64,000 nucleotides of DNA from a virus (Duplodnaviria > Caudoviricetes): the IMG/VR virus record IMGVR_UViG_3300017971_000295, positions 308 to 64,307 of that record; one strand, written 5' to 3'. The first letter of the stretch is position 1. Every line of letters begins with the position of its first letter. Both the position numbers and the translations under genes were made by a program. The notes under the pieces are model-generated. The model was given only the letters and a program-made list of their open reading frames with translations, was not told where the DNA came from and ran no database searches. Positions 26,755 to 37,001 of this stretch are shown piece by piece.

Positions 26755-28048
26755 AGCGCTATCGCATTTTTCTTATATTGAGCCTATTGCAAAAGAGCTT
26801 AATAGAAAGGGCCATAGTGTAGATCTTTTGTTTGATAAAAAGTGGAGTGGCAGGGACAGTGATCACACAGTTAAGTGGTTTATAACATATCATAAATTTG
26901 TTCGTGTTGGCTGGTTGTCTTATAGAAAAGATTTTTGGCGCAGGATAATTTTCTTGTGGCGGGAAATAAAAAGTTATCTGAGCTACACCGATAGAAATCA
27001 GTCGGAATATTATTTGAACAGGTGGAACGGGTATCTTCCGTTTCTAATTAAACATATAGTAAAAATAAAGTTAATACAGCTAATCTTAAAAAGAATTAAT
27101 CTGGAAGGTATCGTTCCACCTGATACTGGGATATCTTCTAAGGTTCGTGATTATGACATGGTAATAGCAACACCATGTAATCACAGGTTTTCAGAGGAAA
27201 TTGAGTACATAAAAGCTGCTAAAGTCGTTGGGGTTCCTACCGCGATAGTGGTTTTAAGTTGGGATAATTTAACTACCAAGGGTTTGTTCCATGTTGTGCC
27301 TGATGTGCTTTTAGTCTGGAACGAATCTCAGTTGTGGGAATCGGTTAGGATTCACGATATTCCATACGATAAGATAAAAATTATTGGCGCACCGTTTTTT
27401 GAGAAATGGGCTTATATGTTGGGGAGAGCTGAAAGCCGCAAGTTGTTTTGTAGTCGGGTGGGAATGGACCCTGAAAGAAAATTTTTTATGTATGCAGGAT
27501 CTTCATCCAAGATTGCAAAAGACGAAAAATGGCTAATTGAAAAACTTCATAAGGCGCTACCGGAATATCAGATATTATTTAGACCGCACCCTGCTAATCA
27601 TAGGCAGTATTTTAATTTAAATATGAAAGACGTTTTTGTGTTTCCCCAGACAGGCGCACTTCCTGAATGTTGGTCGAGGCAACGTGAGCTTTATAATTCT
27701 ATAAGACATTGTGAATTTGTAATTGGTATCAATACAAGTGCAATGCTTGATGCCATTATTCACGATAAACCAACGATAGCTTTCATTACTGAAAAGTATG
27801 AAGACACCCAAATCAAAGCAAGTCATTTTAAGCCGTTATCAAAAGCAATGTATTTATGCCACTGTGTTAACGATGTAAAGATTTTGGTTTCGGACCTATC
27901 GGATTTTTATGGAGCGACCAGGAGAGAGTTTGTTAAAGATTACATTTTTCCAGAGGGTAAGCTTGTTGGAGAGAATGCAGTTAATGTGATTGAAAGCCAA
28001 TCCAAACATATCGGTATCGGAAAGGGCCAGCTATGCGGCAAAGGATAA
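26732..28048 (+). CDS. GT-B glycosyltransferase / CDP-glycerol glycerophosphotransferase-like protein
   Basis: SWDNLTTKG, LLVWN, IGAPFF, FRPHP, NTSAMLDA. Confidence 0.7.
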   Translation: MKILFTVRALSHFSYIEPIAKELNRKGHSVDLLFDKKWSGRDSDHTVKWFITYHKFVRVGWLSYRKDFWRRIIFLWREIKSYLSYTDRNQSEYYLNRWNGYLPFLIKHIVKIKLIQLILKRINLEGIVPPDTGISSKVRDYDMVIATPCNHRFSEEIEYIKAAKVVGVPTAIVVLSWDNLTTKGLFHVVPDVLLVWNESQLWESVRIHDIPYDKIKIIGAPFFEKWAYMLGRAESRKLFCSRVGMDPERKFFMYAGSSSKIAKDEKWLIEKLHKALPEYQILFRPHPANHRQYFNLNMKDVFVFPQTGALPECWSRQRELYNSIRHCEFVIGINTSAMLDAIIHDKPTIAFITEKYEDTQIKASHFKPLSKAMYLCHCVNDVKILVSDLSDFYGATRREFVKDYIFPEGKLVGENAVNVIESQSKHIGIGKGQLCGKG

Positions 28049-28647
28049 ACATATTAGGTTGTGCGCCTGGATGGGAAAAAGCCCCGCTTGACGGTAGCAA
28101 CGGGGAGATTTGGGGTTTAAACGATGTCCACCTTTGCACAAAGGTTGATGTTGTAGTTGATGTTCATAATCTTCAAAGAATTATAAAAGGCAAGGAAAAA
28201 ATAAGGCGTAGTCCCGAAGTTATAAAAAAGTGCCTTAAGAACCTTAAGAAAACAAAAACGATTTGTTACAGCACTAAAGAAATAAAAAACATTCCGAACA
28301 TAAAAAAATACCCTTATAAGGAAATCGTAAAGAAATACGATTCTGATTATTTCGGGAGTGGGCCTGACTATGCTGTGGCATTAGCTATTTATAAAGGTGC
28401 AACTGAGATTCATACCTACGGTATTTTAATGTGCATTGATGAAGAGTACGCACACCAAAAACCAACATTTGAACATTGGTTGGGGATAGCAAAGGGCGCG
28501 GGGGTAAAGGTAATAATTCACGATTCTAATAATATGTCCTCTATTCTTAGGACAAAAAATGGGTTTATTTATGGGTATAACACTCCCCAAAGATGGAAGG
28601 AAATGGTTATGCAATATCCAACCCAATTTATAGAGAGCTATTCGTAA
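28033..28647 (+). CDS. Rossmann-like putative transferase, paralog B of 26149..26754
   Basis: Shares APGWE, DYFGSG, QKP and YGY.TPQ.W with paralog A. Confidence 0.6.
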   Translation: MRQRINILGCAPGWEKAPLDGSNGEIWGLNDVHLCTKVDVVVDVHNLQRIIKGKEKIRRSPEVIKKCLKNLKKTKTICYSTKEIKNIPNIKKYPYKEIVKKYDSDYFGSGPDYAVALAIYKGATEIHTYGILMCIDEEYAHQKPTFEHWLGIAKGAGVKVIIHDSNNMSSILRTKNGFIYGYNTPQRWKEMVMQYPTQFIESYS

Positions 28648-28958
28648 TGTATATACCTGGAGACCATTGGCTTATCTGTGATCGATGCGGCTTCAAAACA
28701 CGCAGATCGCAAGCGCAAAAAACATGGGACGGGTTAATGGTGTGCTTTAAAGATTGGGAACCGCGACATCCACAAGATTATATGGTTAAGGGTGTTCCTG
28801 ATGGAAAGTTTGTGGTGGATGCAAGGCCAAGACCGGCTGATGTTTTTAGAACAGCTACAGGGGTGCAGCAATCTATCGGAACTGAAGACCACCTTGAAAT
28901 TGAAGAATCTGAAGACCCTTTTCTGACAGAGGATGGGGATTTTCTGGAGTTAGAATAA
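28647..28958 (+). CDS. Small Zn-binding virion-associated protein with acidic C-terminal motif
   Basis: ICDRCGFK...GLMVC..DWEPRHPQ; ends FLTEDGDFLELE. Confidence 0.65.
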   Translation: MYIPGDHWLICDRCGFKTRRSQAQKTWDGLMVCFKDWEPRHPQDYMVKGVPDGKFVVDARPRPADVFRTATGVQQSIGTEDHLEIEESEDPFLTEDGDFLELE

Positions 28959-28959
28959 T

Positions 28960-29907
28960 ATGGCAAGATCGGGTTCAACTGATTTTAATTTAGAACAGAG
29001 CCAAATTTTAAACGGGGCTATCAGGATAATTCAGGGCATGGGAGGTAAGCTTCCCGGTGGCAGAAAAACAGCCATGTCTGAACTTCAAGATGCCGCCCAG
29101 GCTCTTAATATGATGCTTAAGCAATGGCAGGGTGAGGGGGTTGGGCTTTGGTTAAACAAAGAAATTAATGTATTTCCCGCTTATCAAACTGGAAGTTATT
29201 CATTAGGGTCAAGTGGTGATCACGCAGCTATTTCAATAATAAAAACAGAGCTTTCTTCAAGCGTTTCTGCGTCAGGAACTTCTCTTACGGTAGATAGCAT
29301 AACAGGAATATCTGATGCAGATGCAATCGGGATAGAACTTGATGATAACACCCTTGATTGGACAACTGTAAACGGTGCTCCGTCTGGTAGTACGATTACG
29401 ATAACAACTGGTTTAACAAGTGCCGCTGCTACCGATAATAATGTGTATACCTATACAACAAAAAGTGGGAGACCACTTTCTATCACAGAAGCAAGGCTCC
29501 ATAGAGATAGTGCAACTGACACTCCGCTTACTCTGTTAAATCGTGACGAGTGGATGGAGATTGCCTCAAAAGAAACAAACGGAACTCCGACCTGTGTTTA
29601 TTATGATCCGCAATTAGACAGTGGGGTTTTGTATGTTTGGCCCCGTCCTTCCACAGTGGATAACTGGATAAAGCTTACCGCAAGAATGCCCATTCAGGAT
29701 TTTGATGCCGCTGAAAATGATCCTGATTTTCCAACAGAATGCATGAGAGCGGTTAAATACAACTTGGCTGTAGAATTAAGCCATGAATATACGGGGATTG
29801 ATTTGGGGCGATACGACAGAACAAAAAAAATGGCAGATAACTTATATCGATCTTTGGTAATGGTCGATGCTGAATACAGTTCCTATCAATTCAAGGCGTG
29901 GGATTAA
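28960..29907 (+). CDS. Head-tail adaptor (P22 gp4-like), copy 1 with inserted beta-rich domain
   Basis: ALNMMLKQW, GTP..YYDP, VWPRP, AVKYNLAVEL. Confidence 0.7.
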   Translation: MARSGSTDFNLEQSQILNGAIRIIQGMGGKLPGGRKTAMSELQDAAQALNMMLKQWQGEGVGLWLNKEINVFPAYQTGSYSLGSSGDHAAISIIKTELSSSVSASGTSLTVDSITGISDADAIGIELDDNTLDWTTVNGAPSGSTITITTGLTSAAATDNNVYTYTTKSGRPLSITEARLHRDSATDTPLTLLNRDEWMEIASKETNGTPTCVYYDPQLDSGVLYVWPRPSTVDNWIKLTARMPIQDFDAAENDPDFPTECMRAVKYNLAVELSHEYTGIDLGRYDRTKKMADNLYRSLVMVDAEYSSYQFKAWD

Positions 29908-29910
29908 TAA

Positions 29911-30648
29911 ATGGCAACTTCTTCAACATATACAGAAACAAGAACCGCAACCCAGCTAATTACTGATGCTCATTTTGAGATCGGGATAGTAGATGCTGAA
30001 GAAGCGATTGATTCTGATCATCTTGAGTTTGGCATCAGGTTTTTAAATGATTTGATTTATCAGTTAAAGGGGCCGGCAAGTGGGTATGCGAAATCAATTA
30101 AGATGTGGCAATTGGAAACCGCAAGCTTAACACTTGTCGCAAATCAATATTCATACAGCCTCAAACCTTCTGGTGGGGATTTGGCTATCCAGATACCCGA
30201 AGAAATCGTTGCTGCCAATATGCAAGTGACTTCAACCACTTCTGACACGCCGATGAACCCGATGACGCTCGATGAGTACGAGGCAATAACCGATAAGACC
30301 GAAACTGGAACTGCCACACGATTTTATTACGAAAGAAAGACATCAGAGGGTACGTTTAAGATTAACAAAGCACCTACTTCTGCAATAGCTTCTGCCAATA
30401 CGATACAGTTAAAATATCGTCAACCGATTGAGATTGTGTCGGCTGGAACGAATGAATTGGATTTTCCGAATCATTGGTGGAGGGCAATAAAGTTTCAGTT
30501 AGCTTTAGACTTAGGATGTGGATATTCGATTGATGAGAAAACATGGCAGAGAGTGTTTTTTTTAACAAAACAGTCGATGGCCTTAACTAACATATTCGAT
30601 ACTGAATTTATTAACATATATGACATGCCAGTGAGAAATATAGAATGA
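29911..30648 (+). CDS. Head-tail adaptor paralog, copy 2
   Basis: Same motif order: FLNDL, SYSL, GTATRFYY, DFPNHW.RAIKFQLALDL. Confidence 0.65.
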   Translation: MATSSTYTETRTATQLITDAHFEIGIVDAEEAIDSDHLEFGIRFLNDLIYQLKGPASGYAKSIKMWQLETASLTLVANQYSYSLKPSGGDLAIQIPEEIVAANMQVTSTTSDTPMNPMTLDEYEAITDKTETGTATRFYYERKTSEGTFKINKAPTSAIASANTIQLKYRQPIEIVSAGTNELDFPNHWWRAIKFQLALDLGCGYSIDEKTWQRVFFLTKQSMALTNIFDTEFINIYDMPVRNIE

Positions 30649-31943
30649 CAACGAGAGCACAACAATTTGACGTATTAAGAGCGCCTGTAATTGATTACAG
30701 AGATGGTTCTGTAGCAGCGGGGTTTGTTGTTTATTTTTACGAAGGGGGAGGGACATCAACCTCGAAAAGCGTGTGGACGGAGAAGGAAAAAACAAACTCT
30801 TATACCACAAGAACATTGGGTTCTGATGGAACAGTAACAGTATATGGGGATGGGGTTTATAGGCTTGCTATCTATGATGGCGATACGTTGGTTTATGATT
30901 GGGACAACATAAAATGTCAGGCTACTACCTATACTGTTGAAGCGAAGTCTGGAGACTATACAGCTACTCCTGATGATGATTTTATAAAGGTCGATACCTC
31001 AAGTGACGATGTTACCATAAGCATTCAAACGGTTGCTAACTTTGAGCGTCCATTAACGTTTAAGAATGTGGGTGGTGGTGCAGGGAATTCTCTAATAATA
31101 GATCCATATTCTACCGAAACAATTGATGGGGATAGTACCTATACGATTACTGGAGACAAAGAATCGATCACCCTTTATCCCGATACAGCGTCGAGTACAT
31201 GGAGAAAAGGGGAAAGCAAGGCTCTATACAACCTTCATCTTGGGGGGTTGAATCGTCCTCAATTTACGTGGAATTCTACTTCAAATATTGTAGTGGGCGC
31301 AGGGTCTTACGATGTAGACGGTAAGCTTGCAAGGTTTAATTCAACTGTGGCGACTGCTGCGATTTCAAGTGGTGGGACTGATTGGCATTATCTTTACATA
31401 GATTACAGTGGTGTTCCATCTAATGCTATTATGGTTTCTACCGCTATGTATTGGAGTTCATCTGAACCTTCCTTTAGCGGAACGAAGCTTGGGTATTATC
31501 ACGGCAGCAATACAAGCGACAGGTGTATTTTTGCTGTTTATACGTACTCTGATGATATTTTAGAATTTTGGCACAATGGCAATTACGTGTCTTTTGCTGT
31601 ATCGGTATCAGTTCAGGGAGAAACTGATTATGACACTACGTTTACGGATTCAAGCGCTTTTCGTGTTCCGGTTTTTGCAGAACGTGTTGACACGAGAGTA
31701 ACGTTGGATGCGGCGGGCTCAACTAATTCGGCATTTGGATATTGGAGACCAAACGGGTCTACTGCAACAGGAAATCAAATAGGGCAATCAATTCAAGATG
31801 CAGACGGAGAGTTTAGCGATTACACTATATCACAAACAATGATTGTAGGAACAGACGATAAAGTAGAATTAAAATATTCGTCTGCGGGTGATCACAAAAT
31901 GGGTGTTTATCAAGATGGTTGGTATTTGGGGAGAGGTATGTAA
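30645..31943 (+). CDS. Tail fibre/spike protein, no signal peptide
   Basis: N-terminal particle-binding-like domain (GFVVYFYEGG...LGSDG), KSGDYT domain, Ser/Thr/Gly-rich. Confidence 0.65.
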   Translation: MTTRAQQFDVLRAPVIDYRDGSVAAGFVVYFYEGGGTSTSKSVWTEKEKTNSYTTRTLGSDGTVTVYGDGVYRLAIYDGDTLVYDWDNIKCQATTYTVEAKSGDYTATPDDDFIKVDTSSDDVTISIQTVANFERPLTFKNVGGGAGNSLIIDPYSTETIDGDSTYTITGDKESITLYPDTASSTWRKGESKALYNLHLGGLNRPQFTWNSTSNIVVGAGSYDVDGKLARFNSTVATAAISSGGTDWHYLYIDYSGVPSNAIMVSTAMYWSSSEPSFSGTKLGYYHGSNTSDRCIFAVYTYSDDILEFWHNGNYVSFAVSVSVQGETDYDTTFTDSSAFRVPVFAERVDTRVTLDAAGSTNSAFGYWRPNGSTATGNQIGQSIQDADGEFSDYTISQTMIVGTDDKVELKYSSAGDHKMGVYQDGWYLGRGM

Positions 31944-32359
31944 TGGAAAAGTTTTTTATAATTTATGATGTTAACACTGGGTATCAAACATCCGGCAGTG
32001 GAATGGTTAATACTGGTGAGTCTTCTGATGGCACAACTGTAGCAGAATGGATTGCAAGGATGCTTGCTAAAGACTCAGACAATAGAGTTGCGTATTTTGA
32101 AAAGGACACCAGTTTTGATCCGAGCACCCAAAAGATTTTAGATGATAGGATTGTTTTAAAGGAGCAAGGCGAAGTGCAGAAAGAATTAAAGGCAAAGACT
32201 GCAAACAGGCAGTTAAAAGGTAAGGTGTTGGAGTTGTTTGAAATGCTTTTAGCGGTTTGGGAAGTAGGGGTTGAAAAAGAGTTGTGGTCAGCCACAGATT
32301 TAACTCCAGAGCTAAGAGTAAAAGCTACTGAATGGAAAAAATATTTGGCGGATTTATAA
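31943..32359 (+). CDS. Possible fibre assembly chaperone
   Basis: Small gene coupled (TAATG) to the fibre gene. Confidence 0.4.
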   Translation: MEKFFIIYDVNTGYQTSGSGMVNTGESSDGTTVAEWIARMLAKDSDNRVAYFEKDTSFDPSTQKILDDRIVLKEQGEVQKELKAKTANRQLKGKVLELFEMLLAVWEVGVEKELWSATDLTPELRVKATEWKKYLADL

Positions 32360-33792
32360 TGCCGATAGCAAACATACCATTATTTTCTGGTCAAGACGCT
32401 GCGATTATCATGGGGGATGAGTCCGGCGAAAAAGAACATCACGGTTCATTGAGAGATGTTTATGTCGATGAGCTTGGGACTATTCATCGAAGACCGGGGT
32501 TAACTGAATATTCGGATTTATCAACATCCTCTCCCATTGACGGGTTGTTTTGGTGGAACGCACAGGATTGGGTATTGTCTGCGTCTAATGGAAACACCTA
32601 TAAGGTTACAGACAAAAACGGGTCCAATACTCAAATCACACATGATAACACGGATTGGGCTAAATCCGGTAGGGTGGTATTCGCTGATTTTAAAACAGCA
32701 ATTTACGGCGCAGATCGGTTTAAAATAAAAAAGATAACGAGCTCCGCGAATGTCATTGACATGGCAGATTCAAGTGCGCCCACCACGGTTTCTCATGTGG
32801 CATTTATTGATAAGTATCTTCTTGCAAACAACTTAAATTCTGCACAATGCCACAGGTCGGACGTAAACGATCCCGATACATGGGGTTCTAACTATTTTAG
32901 TCCCGAAACCCAAAATGACTACCTAAACTCTGTGATTGTTGCCAACCAGGAAGTCTACCTTATGGGGGAGCGAACCTTAGAGTTCTGGTATGATGATGGT
33001 GCAACACCGTTTATCAGAGAAGAGGGCGGGTTTATTAATAGCGGTACAAACGCAAGGTATAGTTTCGGTTATTGTGAACCGCCGATTGATAACTTTTGTT
33101 GGTTGGATCATAACAGAGTTCCGGTAATGATCAGTGGGAGAAACACCACACCGATAAGCGGCACAATTGCCAAGTACATACAAGACTTTGATTATGTGGA
33201 TGATTGCAGGGGTGACTATATTGTAATCGACGGTAGACCTTATTATATATTTTCGTTTCCATCAGAAAACGAGTGTCTTGTTTGGGATTTTGGGTCAAAG
33301 CTTTGGTACAAGTGGGGTTATTGGAATTCGGTAAAAGCGGGGTATGATCGCTGGAGAGCGAATTGCTTTTGTTCTGTTCCTGAGTGGGATTACCTTTTAG
33401 CTGGAGACGGGGCTAATGGAAAAATTTACAGGATAGACAACAGCGTGTATCAGGATGATAGCGATACAATAAGAAGCCTTGTTAGAACCGGAAGAGTTAC
33501 ACATGAATATTCGGGAAGAAAGAAAAAGTGCAAGGGCATAAATCTGAGAGTAAAGAGGTCTGCCTTATCAACGGGTACAAAGAAAATTCTAATTCGATAC
33601 AGAAATGATGGGCAAACCGATTGGCATAACTGGAAAGAAATATCCTTAACGCAGAATACCGGAACTACCGAATCGATTATAACGTATCGCAAGCCGTTGG
33701 GAATGTATTACAACCGGCAGTGGGAAATTGTAGTGACGGACAACATTGGAATTTCAATTGTTGGTATGCAGGAAGATTTTGATTATCTATGA
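32359..33792 (+). CDS. Tail nozzle / packaged-DNA stabilisation protein (P22 gp10-like)
   Basis: RRPGL, GERTLEFWYD.G..PF, LAGD..NGKIY; size and position. Confidence 0.8.
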   Translation: MPIANIPLFSGQDAAIIMGDESGEKEHHGSLRDVYVDELGTIHRRPGLTEYSDLSTSSPIDGLFWWNAQDWVLSASNGNTYKVTDKNGSNTQITHDNTDWAKSGRVVFADFKTAIYGADRFKIKKITSSANVIDMADSSAPTTVSHVAFIDKYLLANNLNSAQCHRSDVNDPDTWGSNYFSPETQNDYLNSVIVANQEVYLMGERTLEFWYDDGATPFIREEGGFINSGTNARYSFGYCEPPIDNFCWLDHNRVPVMISGRNTTPISGTIAKYIQDFDYVDDCRGDYIVIDGRPYYIFSFPSENECLVWDFGSKLWYKWGYWNSVKAGYDRWRANCFCSVPEWDYLLAGDGANGKIYRIDNSVYQDDSDTIRSLVRTGRVTHEYSGRKKKCKGINLRVKRSALSTGTKKILIRYRNDGQTDWHNWKEISLTQNTGTTESIITYRKPLGMYYNRQWEIVVTDNIGISIVGMQEDFDYL

Positions 33793-34004
33793 GTATCGTT
33801 CGCCAAATAAGACTCCCGCGTGTTGATAATGATCCAGAGTGGATTAAAAGATTGATGGATCTTTTGTCTTATCAGACATATGCAGGAGACCCAACCAATA
33901 ATGCGGAGCCGAGATGGATAAGAGATTGGTGTCATGATACTACCAATGACAACTGGTATATATCTCACGGTACGGACTCTTCGGATTGGCAGGTTGTAAC
34001 ATGA
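33789..34004 (+). CDS. Small tail-associated protein
   Basis: ATGA-coupled on both sides. Confidence 0.55.
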   Translation: MSIVRQIRLPRVDNDPEWIKRLMDLLSYQTYAGDPTNNAEPRWIRDWCHDTTNDNWYISHGTDSSDWQVVT

Positions 34005-34456
34005 TAGTTGAAGCAACTGATAAAGACCTGAGAACGATTTCAGTTATGGGTGGGTCTTTTATAAACGACTCTGTTAGTTCAAAGTATATTTGTTTTAATG
34101 CCGACAGATTTTATAAAGTGCTTAACGAATTGACAAAGTCAGGTGGATTGAAGGTCTGGGTCGCAAAAGAAGATGGTTTAATTGTTGGTGCAGTTGGGCT
34201 TTTGATTACACCTAACGTATATGATTATAAACAGATGTTGGCAGACATTTATTTTATAGATGTAATTCCAAAATTTAGAAACAAAGGAATTGCAAGTGGT
34301 TTTATGGATGTGTGCGAATGGTATTGTTCCAAAAATAAAATAACAGCCTTAACCGTTTCTTTCAAAAATCAAAAGATTGCAGATAACATTGCAAGAAAGA
34401 GAGGGTATCAAAAAATAGAATACAAATTAATTAAAGAGGTTTCAAGATGGCAATAG
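34001..34456 (+). CDS. GNAT acetyltransferase
   Basis: DVIPKFRNKGIA acetyl-CoA motif; usual position before ejection genes. Confidence 0.8.
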   Translation: MIVEATDKDLRTISVMGGSFINDSVSSKYICFNADRFYKVLNELTKSGGLKVWVAKEDGLIVGAVGLLITPNVYDYKQMLADIYFIDVIPKFRNKGIASGFMDVCEWYCSKNKITALTVSFKNQKIADNIARKRGYQKIEYKLIKEVSRWQ

Positions 34457-36069
34457 GTGCAACAGCGGGTTCTCTTGTTGGTGCTGGCATTTCTGCCCTG
34501 ACACAATCAAGTTCGGCTGATAAGGCGGGCAAAGCCGCTCAAGATGCAGCGAAGTATCAAACCGATGCAATCATGGAGATGTTCAATCTCACACGGGAGG
34601 ACTTTGCGCCTTTTCAAGAAATAGGATTGCAGGGTCTTTTCGGGTTAACGGGATATGAACCTGTATCTTCAGTTACCGAAGAACAAAACGCGCAGTATCA
34701 AACGGATCTTGCCAAGTATGAAGCTGATATGGCTGAATACCAGGCCAACTTGGCTGATTGGCAAATGGGCGGGGGCGCGAGAGCAGAGATTCCTGAGTAT
34801 GATCAGTATGGTAGATACATAAGTGCCGCTCGTCGCCAAAGTATGGAAAGAGCGCAAAGGGGGGAACGACCTGTTGAACCCGTTAAGCCGCTTTCGCCTC
34901 AAGAACTTCAAGAAGAAACCATAACCTACGAAAGAACCGGAGAGCCAATTGACATAACCGGTGGTGCGGGAAAGTATCTTGAACAATTAGAATCAATGGA
35001 TCTCACTGGTCCTGATGGTCGGGCGTTGGCAGATGTTAGCAGGGCTGATCTTGAAAAACAACTTCAGTCTTTAAGAGATTTTGACACCTCTTTACCGGAG
35101 CAATATCGACAAAGACTTGAAAATTTCGACATGAGCGCCCCCCAAAAATATTTGGGGCAACTGGAACAGGTTGATGTAAACGCGCCTAATAAATATTTGG
35201 AAGCTTATGAAGGAATCAATGTTAGAGAACCCGAACAGTACCGTCGAGCGCTTGAAGAACTTGACACTGAATTTAAGTTTGATCCCAACGATGAAGTTTA
35301 TAAGTGGAGACACGAACAGGGCCAGGAAGCGATTAATCAGGCGTTAGCCGCAAGGGGTATCCATGATTCTTCTCATGCTGTGGACAGGTTGGCGCAATAT
35401 ACAGGTGATTTAACTGCTGATGAAGTTGACAGGCAACGTCAACGATTTCAGGAAGATTACATGCGGCAATCCGGTCAAATATCCGACCTTTATAATATGG
35501 CGGTATCTGATGTTGGTCGTAGGGGTGGGCAACAGTTAGACCTTTATGATTTGGCATCACAGGGAGTGGGCCGGCAGCAAGGTCAATTATCGAATCTTTT
35601 CGGGCTTTCATCTGGGGATGTGGCGCAAAGATACGGTAGGGAAATGGATTTATACAATCTTGCCAATCAGGATGTTGCTCGAAGGTATGGTCAACAGATG
35701 GATGTACTTGGTGCAACCGGGGAAGATTATTCCCGAAGATACGGTCAACAGATGGACCTTTATAATATAGCAAACCAAAAGCTTGATAGAAACTATGGCA
35801 GAACAATGGATCTGTATAACATGGCGTCTAACATTGGTGGCAAACAATACGGCGCTGCTATGGATTTGGCTAATATCGGAATGGGTGCTGCGGGTTCGTC
35901 TGGAAGTGCTGCACAAAATGCAGGAAGCCAGCTTTCTTCCGCATATGGAAACCTTGGGCAAAACCTTGTCAGTAACGAACAGGCGAAAGGCGCGATACAG
36001 GGATCTTTCTGGAGTGGAGCTGGTGGGCTTCCCTGGCAATACATGGCGGCATCTAATTATATGAAGTAG
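34447..36069 (+). CDS. DNA ejection (internal virion) protein with 15-aa and 18-aa repeats
   Basis: Gly/Ala-rich ends, APFQEIG, AINQALAARG, repeated GQQMDLYNLA. Confidence 0.75.
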   Translation: MAIGATAGSLVGAGISALTQSSSADKAGKAAQDAAKYQTDAIMEMFNLTREDFAPFQEIGLQGLFGLTGYEPVSSVTEEQNAQYQTDLAKYEADMAEYQANLADWQMGGGARAEIPEYDQYGRYISAARRQSMERAQRGERPVEPVKPLSPQELQEETITYERTGEPIDITGGAGKYLEQLESMDLTGPDGRALADVSRADLEKQLQSLRDFDTSLPEQYRQRLENFDMSAPQKYLGQLEQVDVNAPNKYLEAYEGINVREPEQYRRALEELDTEFKFDPNDEVYKWRHEQGQEAINQALAARGIHDSSHAVDRLAQYTGDLTADEVDRQRQRFQEDYMRQSGQISDLYNMAVSDVGRRGGQQLDLYDLASQGVGRQQGQLSNLFGLSSGDVAQRYGREMDLYNLANQDVARRYGQQMDVLGATGEDYSRRYGQQMDLYNIANQKLDRNYGRTMDLYNMASNIGGKQYGAAMDLANIGMGAAGSSGSAAQNAGSQLSSAYGNLGQNLVSNEQAKGAIQGSFWSGAGGLPWQYMAASNYMK

Positions 36070-36077
36070 GAGTTAAA

Positions 36078-37001
36078 ATGTATCAAATAGTAGACCCGTG
36101 GGGGGGAACAAAAGACGCTTTAAAATATTATGCTCGTTCCAAAGAATATCAGGACACAAAAGACCGAACTGAACTGATGCGTAAAGGAATGGAGTATGAA
36201 AAACAAAGAACAGAGTCTCAAATAGCAGCACGAAAGGCTCAAGAAAAACGTGCTGAAAAAAGTTTGAAAATACAAAAAGGGATAGCACAATCTACTCATT
36301 TTCAAAATTATATAACTTATGCGGATACGATGCTACAGGCGTTGGGGAAAGAACGTTATCCTTATTTTTATAAAAACTTTGTTGGAAAGAAACAGCCCAT
36401 GTTTGGGGATGTTATGTTGCCAGAAGGTATTTTGCCGACCCCAAAAGAAACAGCCGGATACACAGACAAACAATGGGAAGTTTTGCTCGACGGTATTAGT
36501 TCTAAGCGGCGCGATCTTAATAGAAAGCTTGAGGAAAATGCTGCTCTTGCAACTCAGCAATATAACCTTGAGTATGATTTTAAAAAAAGGTCAAATGAAT
36601 TAGCGTTAACTCAAAAAAAAGCTATTGCTGATGCGGATGCAATCAAAGCAAAAAAACTTGCAGACATAGAAATTGAAAAAGCAAGAAAAAAACAAGAGAT
36701 GGGTGATTCGGATCGAAAGTATTCTGATAAACTTAATCAGCAAAAATTTGAAGCTTATGATGCTTTTTTAAAGGGTGAAGCAACTCCTGAACAAATTAAA
36801 GCATACGGTCTTGACAAAGATGTGTATCTTGCTCAAGCCGCAAAATTTATTAGCGAAGATCCTGAAAAGAGTTTTTTGCCTGCTGATGAAAAAATCAAAG
36901 AAATTATCAAACTGGCTGAGACGATTCGAGAAGCGTCAATGAAAAAACAAAATGATCCACATGGCATAAGAGAGTTACTTTTTAGAAAAGATGAGCCTTA
37001 A
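36078..37001 (+). CDS. Internal virion/ejection protein
   Basis: Helical, charged; between ejection genes. Confidence 0.6.
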   Translation: MYQIVDPWGGTKDALKYYARSKEYQDTKDRTELMRKGMEYEKQRTESQIAARKAQEKRAEKSLKIQKGIAQSTHFQNYITYADTMLQALGKERYPYFYKNFVGKKQPMFGDVMLPEGILPTPKETAGYTDKQWEVLLDGISSKRRDLNRKLEENAALATQQYNLEYDFKKRSNELALTQKKAIADADAIKAKKLADIEIEKARKKQEMGDSDRKYSDKLNQQKFEAYDAFLKGEATPEQIKAYGLDKDVYLAQAAKFISEDPEKSFLPADEKIKEIIKLAETIREASMKKQNDPHGIRELLFRKDEP

